DNA from: Catajapyx aquilonaris | Taxonomy: Eukaryota | Direction: 5' to 3' | Assembly: GCA_000934665.2 (NCBI GenBank) | Contig: KZ538866.1 | Location: 1-44,274, forward strand | Length of the DNA: 44,274 nucleotides | Shown: in pieces, positions 12,301 to 25,674 of the stretch | Numbering within the stretch: the stretch's first letter is position 1 | Layout: each line of letters opens with the position of its first letter | The notes under the pieces: generated by a model | Told to the model about the DNA's origin: nothing | The model's input: only the letters and a program-made list of their open reading frames with translations | Databases searched by the model: none | Made by a program: the position numbers and the translations under genes

Positions 12301-15300
12301 TCCACTAGCATCATCCCAGGCCAATGTCCGACTTTCCCCGTTCAGGATCCTCCGAGTGGTAGAACGGGACGGAAGCATCCGGGCTGTCCGAAGTGGTGGT
12401 GCCGACACCCCCTTTGAATGCTCCAGGCAAGGATTCTATCGACACCCACAATCCTGCAACCAGTTCTATCGTTGTGTCAAGTTTCATCAGCTGGTTGACG
12501 ACTTTACGGTGTTCGAGTATGACTGTCCGCCTGGGCTTGTGTTTGATGAGAAATGGGAAGTGTGTGTGAGGCCCTTCGACACTGCTCCTTGCGGAGGATC
12601 CAGCGAGATCTTCCCGGTTCCAAGGCAGAAGTTTGTATGCCCTGGAGAAGGTTACTTTACTGATCCAGAGAACTGTCGTTGGTTCTTTGCATGCCGCGAC
12701 TACATGAGAGACGGAAATATGATACAGTACGAGTTCAGGTGTCCTTTCGGTTTGGCCTTTGACGAAAGCCACTTGATGTGCAATTGGCCATGGCTAGTAG
12801 ATTCGTGTGATAACAGTGGATACCCTAATGGCTTTGACAAAGGTCACCAGGTTGTGACCCAAATATCTCCTATTGTTGTGGGACCAACTGTATCAACATC
12901 AGGACTTGGAACTAGGGGGGACAAGTTTGTTGATCGCGGAAGTTCCGCAGGAACCACTAGAGGCTTTGAGCATACATCATTGAAACCAACTGCAAGAGGT
13001 GGGCCTACCTTGACATCGCGTATTACTGGGACCGCTCATACTCAGAGTTCACGGTCAACAATTGGAGGGTTACCAGCATTAACCCAATCTGGTAGAGGCA
13101 GCACGGGGGCACGTTTCACAAGTGGTATTAGTCCCACAGCTAGAGGAACAAGTCAGGGTTATTCAGGCGCAATTTCCACTCCAATAGGCCCAGGAAGAGG
13201 AGGAAAGACCGCTGATTTTAGCAGCAAAGCGCCTTTCATTCGTACTGTCCCTACAGAAACTACTTATAGTTCTCTGGGCACCATATCTACACCTTCAGGT
13301 AGAATATCGACTGGCTACAATAGCAAGACACCCTTTTCTGGCAGTAATACTGCAGGAACAAGTCGTGGTTCTCTGGGAACAGTTTCCGCGACTATAGACC
13401 TGGGCAGAGGCACTCAGTCTACTATTGGGGTTCCTTTTAGTAGCTTGAGTTCTACAGGCACAACAGCTAGTTTTGGCACAGGAGGATCACGTGGAAGCAC
13501 GCCCACGTTGCCGTCCTCGGTTCAAACTGGCAAAGTTGTAATTCCATTCTCTACTGTCACTTACGGGAGCCCCGGTACCAGTAGTTTTGGAACGTCAGGC
13601 ACCAGTTTTACGGGAACTAGTGCAAATAAAGTACCAACTCTTTTTGCTGGATCCAGTTCTCCAAAAACTGATGCAGGCAGATATGACAATACTTTTGGGG
13701 TGACAAATACCGGGAGAACTACTAGCAGATTTAGAACTACTAGCGGCGATATCGGAGTAGGTACTGACGTGAGCAGATTTGAAACCTCTTTCGGTGGCAG
13801 CGGTAGTACAGGAACTACAAGTTCTTTTGGTGGTGCTATTCCTTCAGGAACTAGTGGAGGAAGATTTAAAACTACTTTTGGTGCCAGCGGTAGTACAGGA
13901 ACTACAAGTTCTTTTGCTGGTTCTGTTCCTTCAGGAACTAGTGGAGGAAGATTTAAAACTACTTTCGGCGCCAGTGGTAGTACAGGAACTACGTTTGGTG
14001 TTACCATTCCTACAGGAACTAGCGGAAGCAGATTAAAAACCACAATTGATGGCAGAAGTACGGCCGGGGCTAGTATAAGCAGATTTGACATTACATCTGG
14101 TAGAGCAAGTATTCCTACTCTTGCAACGCACTCTATTGATGTAGGTGTCAGGACTGAAGGAACTAGTTCCGGTACATTGGTAACACCTTACGCTGGCACC
14201 AGTTCCGGAAGTTTTGTTAGCTACGGAATTGTAACTCCTGCGCCTGATAGGAACACTATTGGCAGTGTTTTGACTCCAAGTTTTGGAAGCTCGGGTACCA
14301 CTGGCCACATAGGGCGTACATCACTTGGCACTAGGACAAGCCCTAGAGGAACAACTGAAACTCCAATTGACATTCAAATAGCTACTTTTGCTTCTCCATC
14401 GCCTATCACTGGAGATGGAAAAGACAGGCAAACCATTGGAGGTAGTCGTCATACGCCTTTTGGCCCCATTACTCACACCTCTGGCCAATCCACTACCAGT
14501 TCATTTAGCATACCTTCAATACCGTCCACCCGGTACACAAATCCTCAAGTATCCCGCACAACAGCCGGATTATCACGTGGTTTTGATGGCACAACGAAAA
14601 GTTTGCCACCTGTAGGAACATCTGGACAGAGTAAAATTTCTTTGGTGACACAGTCACCAGGGCCAACATGTATCCATTGCCGACCGTCTTTTGGAATTAG
14701 TGTTGACGGTGGCACTAGCACGCAGCAATTTCCTAGTGCAAATCCAACCTATTCATACAATCCCAATCTCACTGGATCATCCGGTTCATTGGCATCGAGC
14801 GTATCATTTCAACCTTATACAAAAACTAGTTCAGGTAGCCCTCGTGGAGAAAATACCCGCTATCAGAACACACTTAGTTCTTTTGATCCTACGCAGGGGT
14901 TAGGGCCATCCACAAGGTATTCATCGACAGCCTCCGGTCGTGGAACGTCTTCAACAACAATATTTTTGACGGCTCCATCGCCCTCGTTTAGTACTAAATT
15001 GATATCTCAATCGACATCAAAACCAGTTCCAATAGGGCAGGCACTTACAACCGGCGGTGTTGTCATTTCTGAATCTGGAGTAAGGAGTACTGAGAGGACT
15101 ACACTTGAACCTTACAGATATACCATACCGCCATACAGTCCAACCCCTCGGACACTTACGCCCACAACGTACAGGCCTACACGCAGACCAACACTCAGAC
15201 CAACACTCAGACCAACACTCAGACCAACACATAGACCACCGACCACACCACCATCGGTTCCTCGTAGCAGTATAGATGAGGGATTAATAGTATCAGGTCC

Positions 15301-16807
15301 AACCAGACCATTTGATCGGAATCCAAACCCAGGCAAAATTCAATTGCCGGATGCGACACTAGCTTTCGGGGACCGACTCAATACTTTTACTAGGACTAAA
15401 TCTCCAGTATCGAAGACAACAGCATTTGGACCATCAAGCTCGGGTGCAACAAGAACCACAGGTTCTGAACGTATCTCTCAGCCTCCTGCAGGACTTACAG
15501 GAAGTATAAGTACAATAAGTACAAGTTTTGCAGGTTACGACACATCTAGAACCACAAGTTTAGGCTTAGGAACACGGAATCTGGGAGGATCTGTGTTTAC
15601 TGGCAGTGGGGACGGTACGAGTATCACTACCAAACTTCCAAGTCATGTAGGTTTTGACGCAACTCGAACTACAAGTTCAGGTTTTAGACCTAGTTCTCCG
15701 GGAGTATCCGTATCGGTTGGCGGTGGCGGTAGGCCCACAGCAACTATTTCTTACCCACAAAGTTCACTTAGCTATGGCACCTCACAATCGGGAAGAGGTG
15801 GTTCCAGTTCAGTAAAAATACCAATCCTTCCGCCAAACGTGGTCACACTCTCTACTGCATCTGTTGGCACTAGACCCAACCAGTTGGCGACCACTGAAAG
15901 AACGCAATTTAGGCCGACTAGTACCGTCACATACTCGACCCTTGGGTCATTACCCTCTCATGTTAGTGACACATCTCGGTTTTCAACAAACGGGTTGGGA
16001 AATCGGGTTGTCACTGACAGGATTACTGGTAAATCATCAACCCTTCTCACTGCCCCGACCTTTTCCTCACCTTTGCAAAGCAAAACCGTTAGGACCACAT
16101 TCCCCATAGGACCACCTAGAGGCAGTAGTAGTACCTTACCTGTTGCAGAATTTGGAACAAGCTTGTCAAGTAAACAGACTCATTTCGGAGGGGTTGGAAG
16201 TCTCAAGACGCCCGGAACACCATACACCAGACCTACAATGGGTGTAAGTGAGCCATCAAAATACACACCATCTGTCCCGTACATTACAGGCAGAGGAAGT
16301 CCAGGGTATGAATTTGAGGAAATTATTAGTAGTCCAGATATCGGTAGAGGTTCTCCTTCTACTAGTGGTAGGCATCCTACCGTTGCACCTACGATTGCAG
16401 CGACAAGTCGAGTACCAGGAGGTAAATCGGGAAGGATCAAAAACGTTGTTACGCTGTCGACCAAGAATCCTCCTCCTCTGCTTTCAAAATATGGGTTCAA
16501 AATCTTAATCGATCCTGAAAAATTTTCTGGGGTTGACAACCTATCATTTATTACCAGATTTAATGACAGCAACTGTGAGAGGCCAGGTCTATTTCGAGAT
16601 CCAGAGGATTGTAACAAGTTTTACGAATGTTATTATGACCCTAGCCTGAACGGATTTACCTTGCACTTGTTCAGTTGTCCGGTACAGTTGGCATATGACA
16701 GCGATCTCACTGGTTGTAATTGGCCATTCAATGGTCCTTGGTGCGAAGGGGACCGTCTACGACATTCACTAGATGAAAATGTGAGAAATTACCCTTTCAT
16801 TAAATAG
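9331..16807 (+). CDS. Group X-like chitinase-like protein: signal peptide, degenerate GH18, 2x CBM14, mucin-like region, C-terminal CBM14 (~1900 aa, 8 coding exons)
   Basis: Phase-consistent GT-AG exons 9331-9430, 10335-10472, 11030-11262, 11322-11455, 11517-11625, 11698-11856, 11923-12045, 12101-16807 (5703 nt). Signal-like MALLLTTLILTVKG (alternative ATG at 9391). GH18 motifs KHVVCYY, CTHVIY, LLVSLG, DGVEIVWN, YDLEALS, GAPAEKLII, WVAFDD, KAKYALLRDLGGVAIFPIDADD. Three 6-Cys peritrophin-A domains (~12419-12810 for two, ~16574-16745 for the third). Confidence 0.88.
13775..14045 (+). repeat. 87-bp (29-aa) coding tandem repeat in the mucin region
   Basis: Units start at 13775, 13862, 13949 and 14030 (RFKTTFGASGSTGTTSSFxxxxPSGTSGG); the third unit is 6 bp shorter. 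Confidence 0.85.
15173..15243 (+). repeat. 12-bp coding repeat (RPTL)n
   Basis: cagaccaacact repeated; translates as RPTRRPTLRPTLRPTLRPTHRPPT. Confidence 0.85.
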
Positions 16808-16844
16808 GTGGGTGTTTATTTTGTGTAAATATGTTTGTTGTAGA

Positions 16845-16850
16845 AATAAA
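16845..16850 (+). promoter_or_regulatory. Probable polyadenylation signal of the chitinase-like gene
   Basis: AATAAA 38 nt after the stop, followed by T-rich sequence. Confidence 0.55.
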
Positions 16851-17452
16851 TGCAGCATGCGAGATATTTTATTTGTATAATGTTATGGTCAAGATTTTCT
16901 GGCTTCATAATTATTGCATCATTTAATATTTATTACAAATGGCACCCGAGCAAAATGTTATACGTCACTTGATACCCTGAAATGAATAAGATGTAAACAG
17001 GAGATTCTTCAGTTTATATTTATGTAACACGTACACTAGTTTGGGCTGCAACATACTTATCACTTACAGCAGAGTTTGCACCTACAATTCAAAATTCCAG
17101 GCCTGCACTTTTTTTTTTTACTAAACAACTGGCCTCAATTCATGTATAAACCTTTGCTTGAGTGCTCTACAACTGTATGATTTGTCCTGATGTTTTTTAA
17201 AAATATAAATGTAATAAATTCGAAAGAAATGAAAAATAAATAAACATAATTTGAACATAATGTAGTATAGTACATTACCAGCCTTACAATAAAACTGAGA
17301 ACTTTCAGTTACCTTACACTGAAATGGGAAGAGTAAAAACATAAAAACATAATAATATCAACGACGGGTACGGTTCAACAAAATATTCGCCACATCACCA
17401 CCTCAAAAGTGGTATATTAATTACAATTCAATGAGCAAATGTGCCGAACCAA

Positions 17453-19387
17453 CTATTTGTATGGGGTTTTTCGATAAACAGGCATAGAACGAATTACGCT
17501 AGAATAACCTGTGGTCATTGGTTGCGGAAACGCTGGTACTGCTTTGGGAAAAGCATTGGGATTTTCTTGCCTTATCAATTCAATAAGAGAAAGCTGACTC
17601 TCTTTTCTTGATAAAACAGACACATGTGGTTGATTATCTGTAGATTTGACAACAGTCACCACCTTAGATATATTATGTTTTACTACATTTTCTTGAATCT
17701 CGTTATTTCTTGCAGTTTCGGTGGTTCCTCTAGGTTTATATTCGCTCGGCACAGTAACATTTTCAGCAGGCTTGGATTTACGTGCAATATTTTGTGTTAT
17801 GCTTGAAACGTGTGCTTCCTGCGGTTTTAAATTTTCATACTCGACACTCGATTCTTTTTCACGATATGACTTTCTATCTATTTCATTAGCATGCGGTGTA
17901 ACATTTTGAACATTTTGCACGGTGTGTGGCAATATGTAACGATTCTCCGCGGGCATTACCTCCTCAGATTCGTACTGCTCGTCTCTTACAACAATTTGCT
18001 TACTATTCTGAACAGCAGGTGCATCGATATCGTCTAAAATAGGTTCACTTTGTTGTCGCAAAAATCGCCTGTTTGTTGCTGAACCACCATTGTTATTGAA
18101 ACTACTACCCACCGCCAGCTCCATATAAGGCTCTGGTTCTTCACTGCCATAAACTACTTGTGTGTCATGAACAGGCTTAAACAGAGATTCTACAGGAAGA
18201 TTTTCAGTTGAAAATACCCATGGATACCTAACCTGCTGGTCGTTTCCATTTGGCCAATTGTTAGTTACATGCATTTGCAAAGGCTTAGGTGTGCTACTAT
18301 CCCTTGGAGCTGGTGTGGTCTTTTCAGTCGGAGGTACTGTAGTAGTCACTTCCTCAATAGGTCGTTGAGTTGTCCTTCTCCTGATCTTTGGCTTCAAACG
18401 ATTGTATCTCGAATTTTGTAGTGGATTCAATCCTATATTTGTTGCTGGTGTAGTTGGGTTGTCATCTTTTTCATCAGGATTATTTAACACCACTTGAGCT
18501 CCTGGTCTCACAAAGCGACGTTTGACTGGGTTCCCTTCAGCAGGAGTAACATCATTCTTGGGTGGTTGCACGCTGGAATAGTTCTGAGCCGTATGGACCA
18601 TTGGGATGTTGACTTCTGGCCTAGGTTGGTAGACAAAATGTTCGACACTAGGTTGTGATATGTAGTATTCCGATGCTGCTGGAAGGTTGGGACCAAGAAC
18701 TTGAGGTCGTGGAGTGGTGAAGTAATTTGCAGGAAGGGAAGCTGCAGGTACAGATGTTGCAGGAAGTGATGTCATAGTAGGAGACAGGGGTGTCGCCGGG
18801 AGGGATGAAGAAAATGATATCGAAGGAAGTGATGCTGCTTGCAATGAGGCTGGAGGCAGTGATGCAACAGGGAGTGACCCTTGAAATTGTCCTGCCGGTA
18901 CAGAGTAAATCAGCTGAAGTCCCTGATACTGGGGCTGGGAAGTTTGGATCGGGTACACAGGATAAGAAGTCTGAACTACAGGTACGGACGGAACGGCAGG
19001 AACACGATACTGATAAGCATTAGGATATGAGTCTTGTCCGGTGCTGGTGAACAACTCGGGTGATGATGGAGATACATGGAAGTTTTTGTCGCTTCCCCAG
19101 GTACTAGAGACGAGACTTGAGACACTCGGTTGAGAAGACGGCCGAAAGTACTTCACGTACACATTGTGCCCATACTGGGACGAGGAGCCTTGATCAGTAG
19201 AATAGCCTCGGTGAGGGTCGCTGTTGGCAGGCTTCGGGTAGCTCACCATAGTATAGGAATAGTTGGGGGACACTGACCACGAGTCTCGTCCTTGCCTGTG
19301 AGTCTCGTTTTTCAGGGCTGAGCAGCTGCATGTCACCAAAAACATCCACATAATGACCATAGTAGGCCATAGGAGACTGGATGTTCC
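17453..19387 (-). CDS. Secreted low-complexity (P/S/V/Y/T-rich) protein, large terminal exon (>=635 aa)
   Basis: 1.9-kb ORF with hydrophobic N-terminus (LLWPTMVIMWMFLVTCSCSA). A strong acceptor (ttttttttctctctctctctcattag) ends at 19388 in frame, so the start is either ATG 19360 or an unlocated upstream exon. Contains ASLP repeats and a PTT-rich stretch; no domain recognised. Confidence 0.75.
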   Translation of the reverse strand, partial: GTSSLLWPTMVIMWMFLVTCSCSALKNETHRQGRDSWSVSPNYSYTMVSYPKPANSDPHRGYSTDQGSSSQYGHNVYVKYFRPSSQPSVSSLVSSTWGSDKNFHVSPSSPELFTSTGQDSYPNAYQYRVPAVPSVPVVQTSYPVYPIQTSQPQYQGLQLIYSVPAGQFQGSLPVASLPPASLQAASLPSISFSSSLPATPLSPTMTSLPATSVPAASLPANYFTTPRPQVLGPNLPAASEYYISQPSVEHFVYQPRPEVNIPMVHTAQNYSSVQPPKNDVTPAEGNPVKRRFVRPGAQVVLNNPDEKDDNPTTPATNIGLNPLQNSRYNRLKPKIRRRTTQRPIEEVTTTVPPTEKTTPAPRDSSTPKPLQMHVTNNWPNGNDQQVRYPWVFSTENLPVESLFKPVHDTQVVYGSEEPEPYMELAVGSSFNNNGGSATNRRFLRQQSEPILDDIDAPAVQNSKQIVVRDEQYESEEVMPAENRYILPHTVQNVQNVTPHANEIDRKSYREKESSVEYENLKPQEAHVSSITQNIARKSKPAENVTVPSEYKPRGTTETARNNEIQENVVKHNISKVVTVVKSTDNQPHVSVLSRKESQLSLIELIRQENPNAFPKAVPAFPQPMTTGYSSVIRSMPVYRKTPYK

Positions 19388-19465
19388 CTAATGAGAGAGA
19401 GAGAGAAAAAAAATGTAGTTTCTCTGATTATTATTACTCTCAAGACACATAACGACATAACGCAT

Positions 19466-20004
19466 CAATGGGGTCCTAGCCTATACATTTTGCAAACCCT
19501 TCTAAAAAATTGTCATTATTTTTAAATGAATTTTTGTGTTTTTTGTTTGAAGAAATACATACCGTATTAGTTTTCGAACTATCATAATAATTATACGGTA
19601 TGGTATTGCCCTCTGACGTCCCTGTTGCTAAACATATCGATGCAGAGGCAGGAATTCACCCTGGCTGCTTTGTTCCTTCGTTTGTTGCCTAACAAAGGAA
19701 TCGAACGACCGCCAGCAGTAAAGCCGAATCGAACGAACCGCCATTAAATAAGCCGAATCGAACGACCGTCAGTCAGCGGTCTGCTGACGTCACTGTTGTT
19801 AAGCAGGGGAATGGGCTTATTATTTTGGACCACGGCCCCCGTTTTCCTCGCCAATTTCATAGTGAATTTTAAAAACCCGATAAATTATCGAGTAATGACA
19901 TATTGGTGCAGAGAAGTGATGGAATGCATGTTTATATGTAGGCTATGGTTGAGCTATTCGTTTCCAAATTACCCAAATCCCAGACCAAGGCTAGGACCAC
20001 ATTG
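19466..20004. mobile_element. MITE with 17-bp TIRs
   Basis: CAATGGGGTCCTAGCCT (19466-19482) versus AGGCTAGGACCACATTG (19988-20004), 1 mismatch. Internal triple repeat gaatcgaacga(a)ccg at ~19697-19770. A second partial copy lies at 68-248. Confidence 0.6.
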
Positions 20005-22773
20005 CTTCGGCGATACGAAGCGTGAAGGATATGAGAATAATTGAAGAGTCCATTTGCAAAGAGTTTCAAATCCACCTTCTGTGGAGCTGAGATTAAAGTT
20101 TAAAATTACATATGTTGAATAAATTCAAATGCGATCTAGCCTACCTGTCGCCCTAATTTTTCTGTGATAGTCACCCAAACATATTTTGGTACCATAAAGT
20201 TTTAAAATGTTACTCGTGTATTTTTCCAGTTATCTAATTTTCAATTTGGAGATAAGACACTTTGCTTCTGTAATGCGGATATACCTGTAAGAAATGATTT
20301 TGTACCACACCACCGTATATAAAGGTTTTGGTGTTCTTTGTGCTAGCATGAGACCTGCAATATTTCCATTACTTGTATTATCAATACTAATGTAACCTGT
20401 ATGACTGTAACGAAACCTGAGTGTATCGGAAATTTGTTCATTACCTTTTCTGGAGTGCACCAGAGAGGAGAAGAGAGCTGTTATATTAGGTTTTGGGCAT
20501 CGAACTGACAAAATAATCCAATCGAAATCGAATACAGGCACTACCGGGCACTACACGGATATGCAACGTATCTTGCAGTCACTGTCTTGTCTACGATTGC
20601 TGTATCTATAGGCTACCGGTATTTCAGAATATGAAATATTTGATAGATGTTCCACTGCCAGGTAATGGAATGGAGTCGTGACACCTGAAATATTTTCTCC
20701 ACTTGCAGGCAAATGACTGCGAAATACTGTACAATGCATGACATAATTGGACTTTCCGCTTCTAGCAATAATTAAGATTCCATTTAATTTATTACACTTA
20801 AATATATTTAATAATTTTTTAATAGTGACAGCCAAAGTACATCAATGCATTGCACCAATGCAATATAAAACTTTTGAGCTTATACAGTGATACTGCGATT
20901 TGTGAGGGCAATTTTAAACTTATTATTGTAAAATTAATAAAATGGTATATTCGCCCTTATTCTCCTTAATGCCGATGATATCTACATTGCGCCTGTGGTT
21001 GCCAATTCATTAATTCCTTTGTGCATGATATAGTCATATAGAGTAAGCTCTTTTATCCATTTAGGCTTGAAGGGGCGCCGCCATCTTTAAACAAATTTTA
21101 TCTTACACTACACATATGGACAAACTGCCTAAAATTATGAGTAATACCAATCAACAACAGTCGCTCTCAAACGTCACCACAAACGGTGAATTTTGAAACA
21201 CTTTGGTGCACTTATATCTTCTTCAAATTTCTTTGTAACGTTTTACTAAATTCAAAAATGCCATTTAAGTTTGTTGTTTTTGAGGCTTTCATAACGCTTC
21301 TAGTCCAAAAAATAATTTAACAATGCCGACAAAAATAACAGTCAGGATTATGACATTAGAAATAATTGGAGAGATCACATAATAGTTTTGTAAAAATGCC
21401 GCAATATTTTATTAATTATTTGCATGAAATAAATAATTTGCATGCATGATTTATTATGTTCAGGAATAAAGCCCGTTTTATTCGAAAAATATACACTGTC
21501 ACTGGCTATGTACTTGTAATATATTATATTATACTTATTATAGACTACCTGAATTCGAAAAGCGGTATCATATTTTAATGTAGCTTATAACCTAATATTT
21601 ACCTTATTACTTATTAATTAACTGCAACGTGTAAGTTATACTTCGTCATGTATACTTCGTCTCCTATTTAGGAAGATCCCACCCACCCACCGCCTGTAAA
21701 CTATACGAAGGCAGAATTGCGTGAATATACCCCTGAATTGGCTCTAATGTCAAGGACAGGAAACACATGGAGGGTATACCGCATACTGATAACTCCACAA
21801 ACCGAATGTTTGGTACTTGCCATTTTGATGAGTCAACTCTTCAAGGCAATCCAACTGTCAGAGAGCTTCCAGACACAACCTCTTCTGTTTGACCCTTCTC
21901 CTTGAATTGAACTTTTACCCGAGAAGATTCTGGGGTCGCCGTTTTTAAAACCGCGGCAACTAAGAGATCGTAACGGTAACGGATCATTTTGACAAAAGAG
22001 GTCCAGTTTCAAACCCAAACTTAGACGAAGGGGTCAGCAGGTCAAGCGGAAACAGTTTTAATGGAGTAGTAACTGTAAATATAGAAAGTGAAATTCCATG
22101 AGGTGGACTTTGCAGGTTTATTATCAGCCTGTCTATTCAACATCACATTGTTCGTTCCGTGTTATTGCACTATGCAAGATTACTGTAAAAATTTGTGTTA
22201 ATCTTGTTCTAAATACGTATATAAGTACTATCAGTTCAATGTCAGGCCGTCAAAATAATTAATTACAATGTAGTGTATGCTGTGACTCATGCAATGTTTT
22301 GCGTAAGATATGTTTAGAAATGTCACGGACAGATTGAATTTACGGTACTGCATATTTCCTTTTTGCAATGCCGAACTTTTCTTGTTGGCCTTCAATACTG
22401 CAACGTGGGAGCTCCGGGTATGCAGTCAAGGTGAAGGATAATAATTATCTTATAGTGAATGTTGTTCTTCCCAGTCAAGAAAGAGTTGTGCATATAATTT
22501 TTCCATAGCAAATGAGAATTTATGTGGCCCAAATCATTGTTTTAAATATATAAGCTGGAACCCAGAGAAGTTCCATCATCCTGCAAATTTTCCTGCCGGG
22601 AATGTACAAGAACGACACCTGTAAATCGACATCCTAGAGTATGCAGTAAATAGGGTGTATTGGAAATGTTTACAAAGTACCGTGCCGGTACATAAAATGG
22701 CTGATAACAAGATAAATAGGCAAATGGAGCATGATGCTTATAATCCGAGCAGAAATAATAACTATGCATAATT

Positions 22774-22781
<8 letters not shown>

Positions 22782-22849
<68 letters not shown>

Positions 22850-23141
22850 GATACCCCATTAGCAGCCCTTTAGGCTTTATTAGGGGGCCGGGGGATTTCT
22901 CCCAATTTTTTTTTGTTTGTCTGGAACTCTTTCCATTTTTACTATACGTACTTTTCATCGGAATTGAGGCAAGGATAGGTAAGGAAGGAAGCGGCTGTGG
23001 CCTATAATTACGGTACCGACCCCGGAATTATCCTGCGGTGACCATGGGAAACCACAGAAAACCATGATCAGGGTCGCCGGCCTCCGGGATTCGAACCCAG
23101 GACCTCCCGATTAGCAGTCGGACACCACTTCTGCTTCGGTG
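22782..23141 (-). mobile_element. tRNA-derived SINE with (TTA)n tail and 13-bp TSD
   Basis: Minus strand shows a tRNA-like head with B box GGTTCGAATCCC (~23085-23098), a core ggttttctgtggtttccc...caggataattccgggg, and a (TTA)n 3' tail. Direct repeat TAATTCTGAATAA at 22769-22781 and 23142-23154. Confidence 0.8.
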
Positions 23142-23557
23142 TAATTCTGAATAACAATACATATTTAACGTGGTCTTTTATGGTGCAGTACAATGTACTT
23201 CTGACTCAGCCAAACACAGTATAAAATCTTTCAATATCGATCTTTAATATTACCGCCGTATCATACCCAAATGTTCAAGAAGGGTCAATATTACGAGCAT
23301 TTTTGGGAGTGCAAGTCCAAGCATATAATTATTATCAGGAGGTTTATTCTTAACCTACAGTTATTTAGCAGTCCATAGCAGGAGATCAATGTGGTGTGGC
23401 ATGTGCATTGCTTGTTCTTTAGGTTTGTTCTAAAATACGTATATGCTCATATTTTAAATTATTCTTGACTGACCGAAACGGAAGCGGAAAAATCTCGTAA
23501 ATTTCTTCATCGGGATTGCAAATTGTAAGCTTAGAAGTCATAAACTCATAGCTGCCC

Positions 23558-23630
<73 letters not shown>
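23558..23630. repeat. (TTA)n microsatellite
   Basis: About 24 perfect units. Confidence 0.95.
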
Positions 23631-23631
<1 letters not shown>

Positions 23632-24154
23632 AGTTGACTACGGATAACAGCATCGGTTATACCAGACTCGAAAGGCCGGTCTTGGCAAACTTCCATAAGG
23701 TCCTGTGTATTTTTACTCCTGATATAACATACTAATTTTCATCTTATCTCGGCTATAACAGACCATATTTTGGCCCATCGCATCGGCGGGAAAATATGTT
23801 GTTTTTGATTGTTTAACTTCCTTTCCCATGCACAGGAAGGCAGAGAATACTGGATCGGGGGAGATTTTCGTATCTGTCACTCATCTAAGATACTCAAAAC
23901 CATACTTTTTCTGGTACGTACATTTGCAACAAGGGGACGGCAGAAGAAAATTGAGAATTTTTTTGGTCCTGCATAATTTACGGGTGAGATAATTTTGAAT
24001 TTTTGCGGATAGTTTCATTAATGTATGCAGCCTATGGAAAGCAGAAAACTTCTTGTATTCGTAGCAAAAGTGGCGATTTGTCTATAACAGACCTCGGTTA
24101 TAACATACTTTTTCCGCAGTCCCTTGAAGTCTGTTCTATATCAGGAGTCAACTG
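23631..24154. mobile_element. Tigger/pogo-like MITE
   Basis: TA|CAGTTGACTACGGATAACAG ... CTGTTCTATATCAGGAGTCAACTG termini, with internal (g)ctataacag / gatataaca repeats typical of Tigger-type ends. Confidence 0.6.
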
Positions 24155-24231
24155 TTTTATTATTCTGCTTCCATGACAACATAATATTACCTTGTTTTAT
24201 ATTGCATAGCTATACAATAGTAGTGCCAAAG

Positions 24232-25674
<1,443 letters not shown>

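Noticed and set aside
13561..14091. 176-aa antisense ORF (and others at 12311-12772 and 16180-16617)
   Set aside because: Shadows of the low-complexity sense exon; no independent gene signals.
19697..19770. Three spaced repeats gaatcgaacga resembling a mini-CRISPR
   Set aside because: Spacers are short and similar to each other, the repeats lie inside a MITE in a eukaryotic context, and there are no cas genes.
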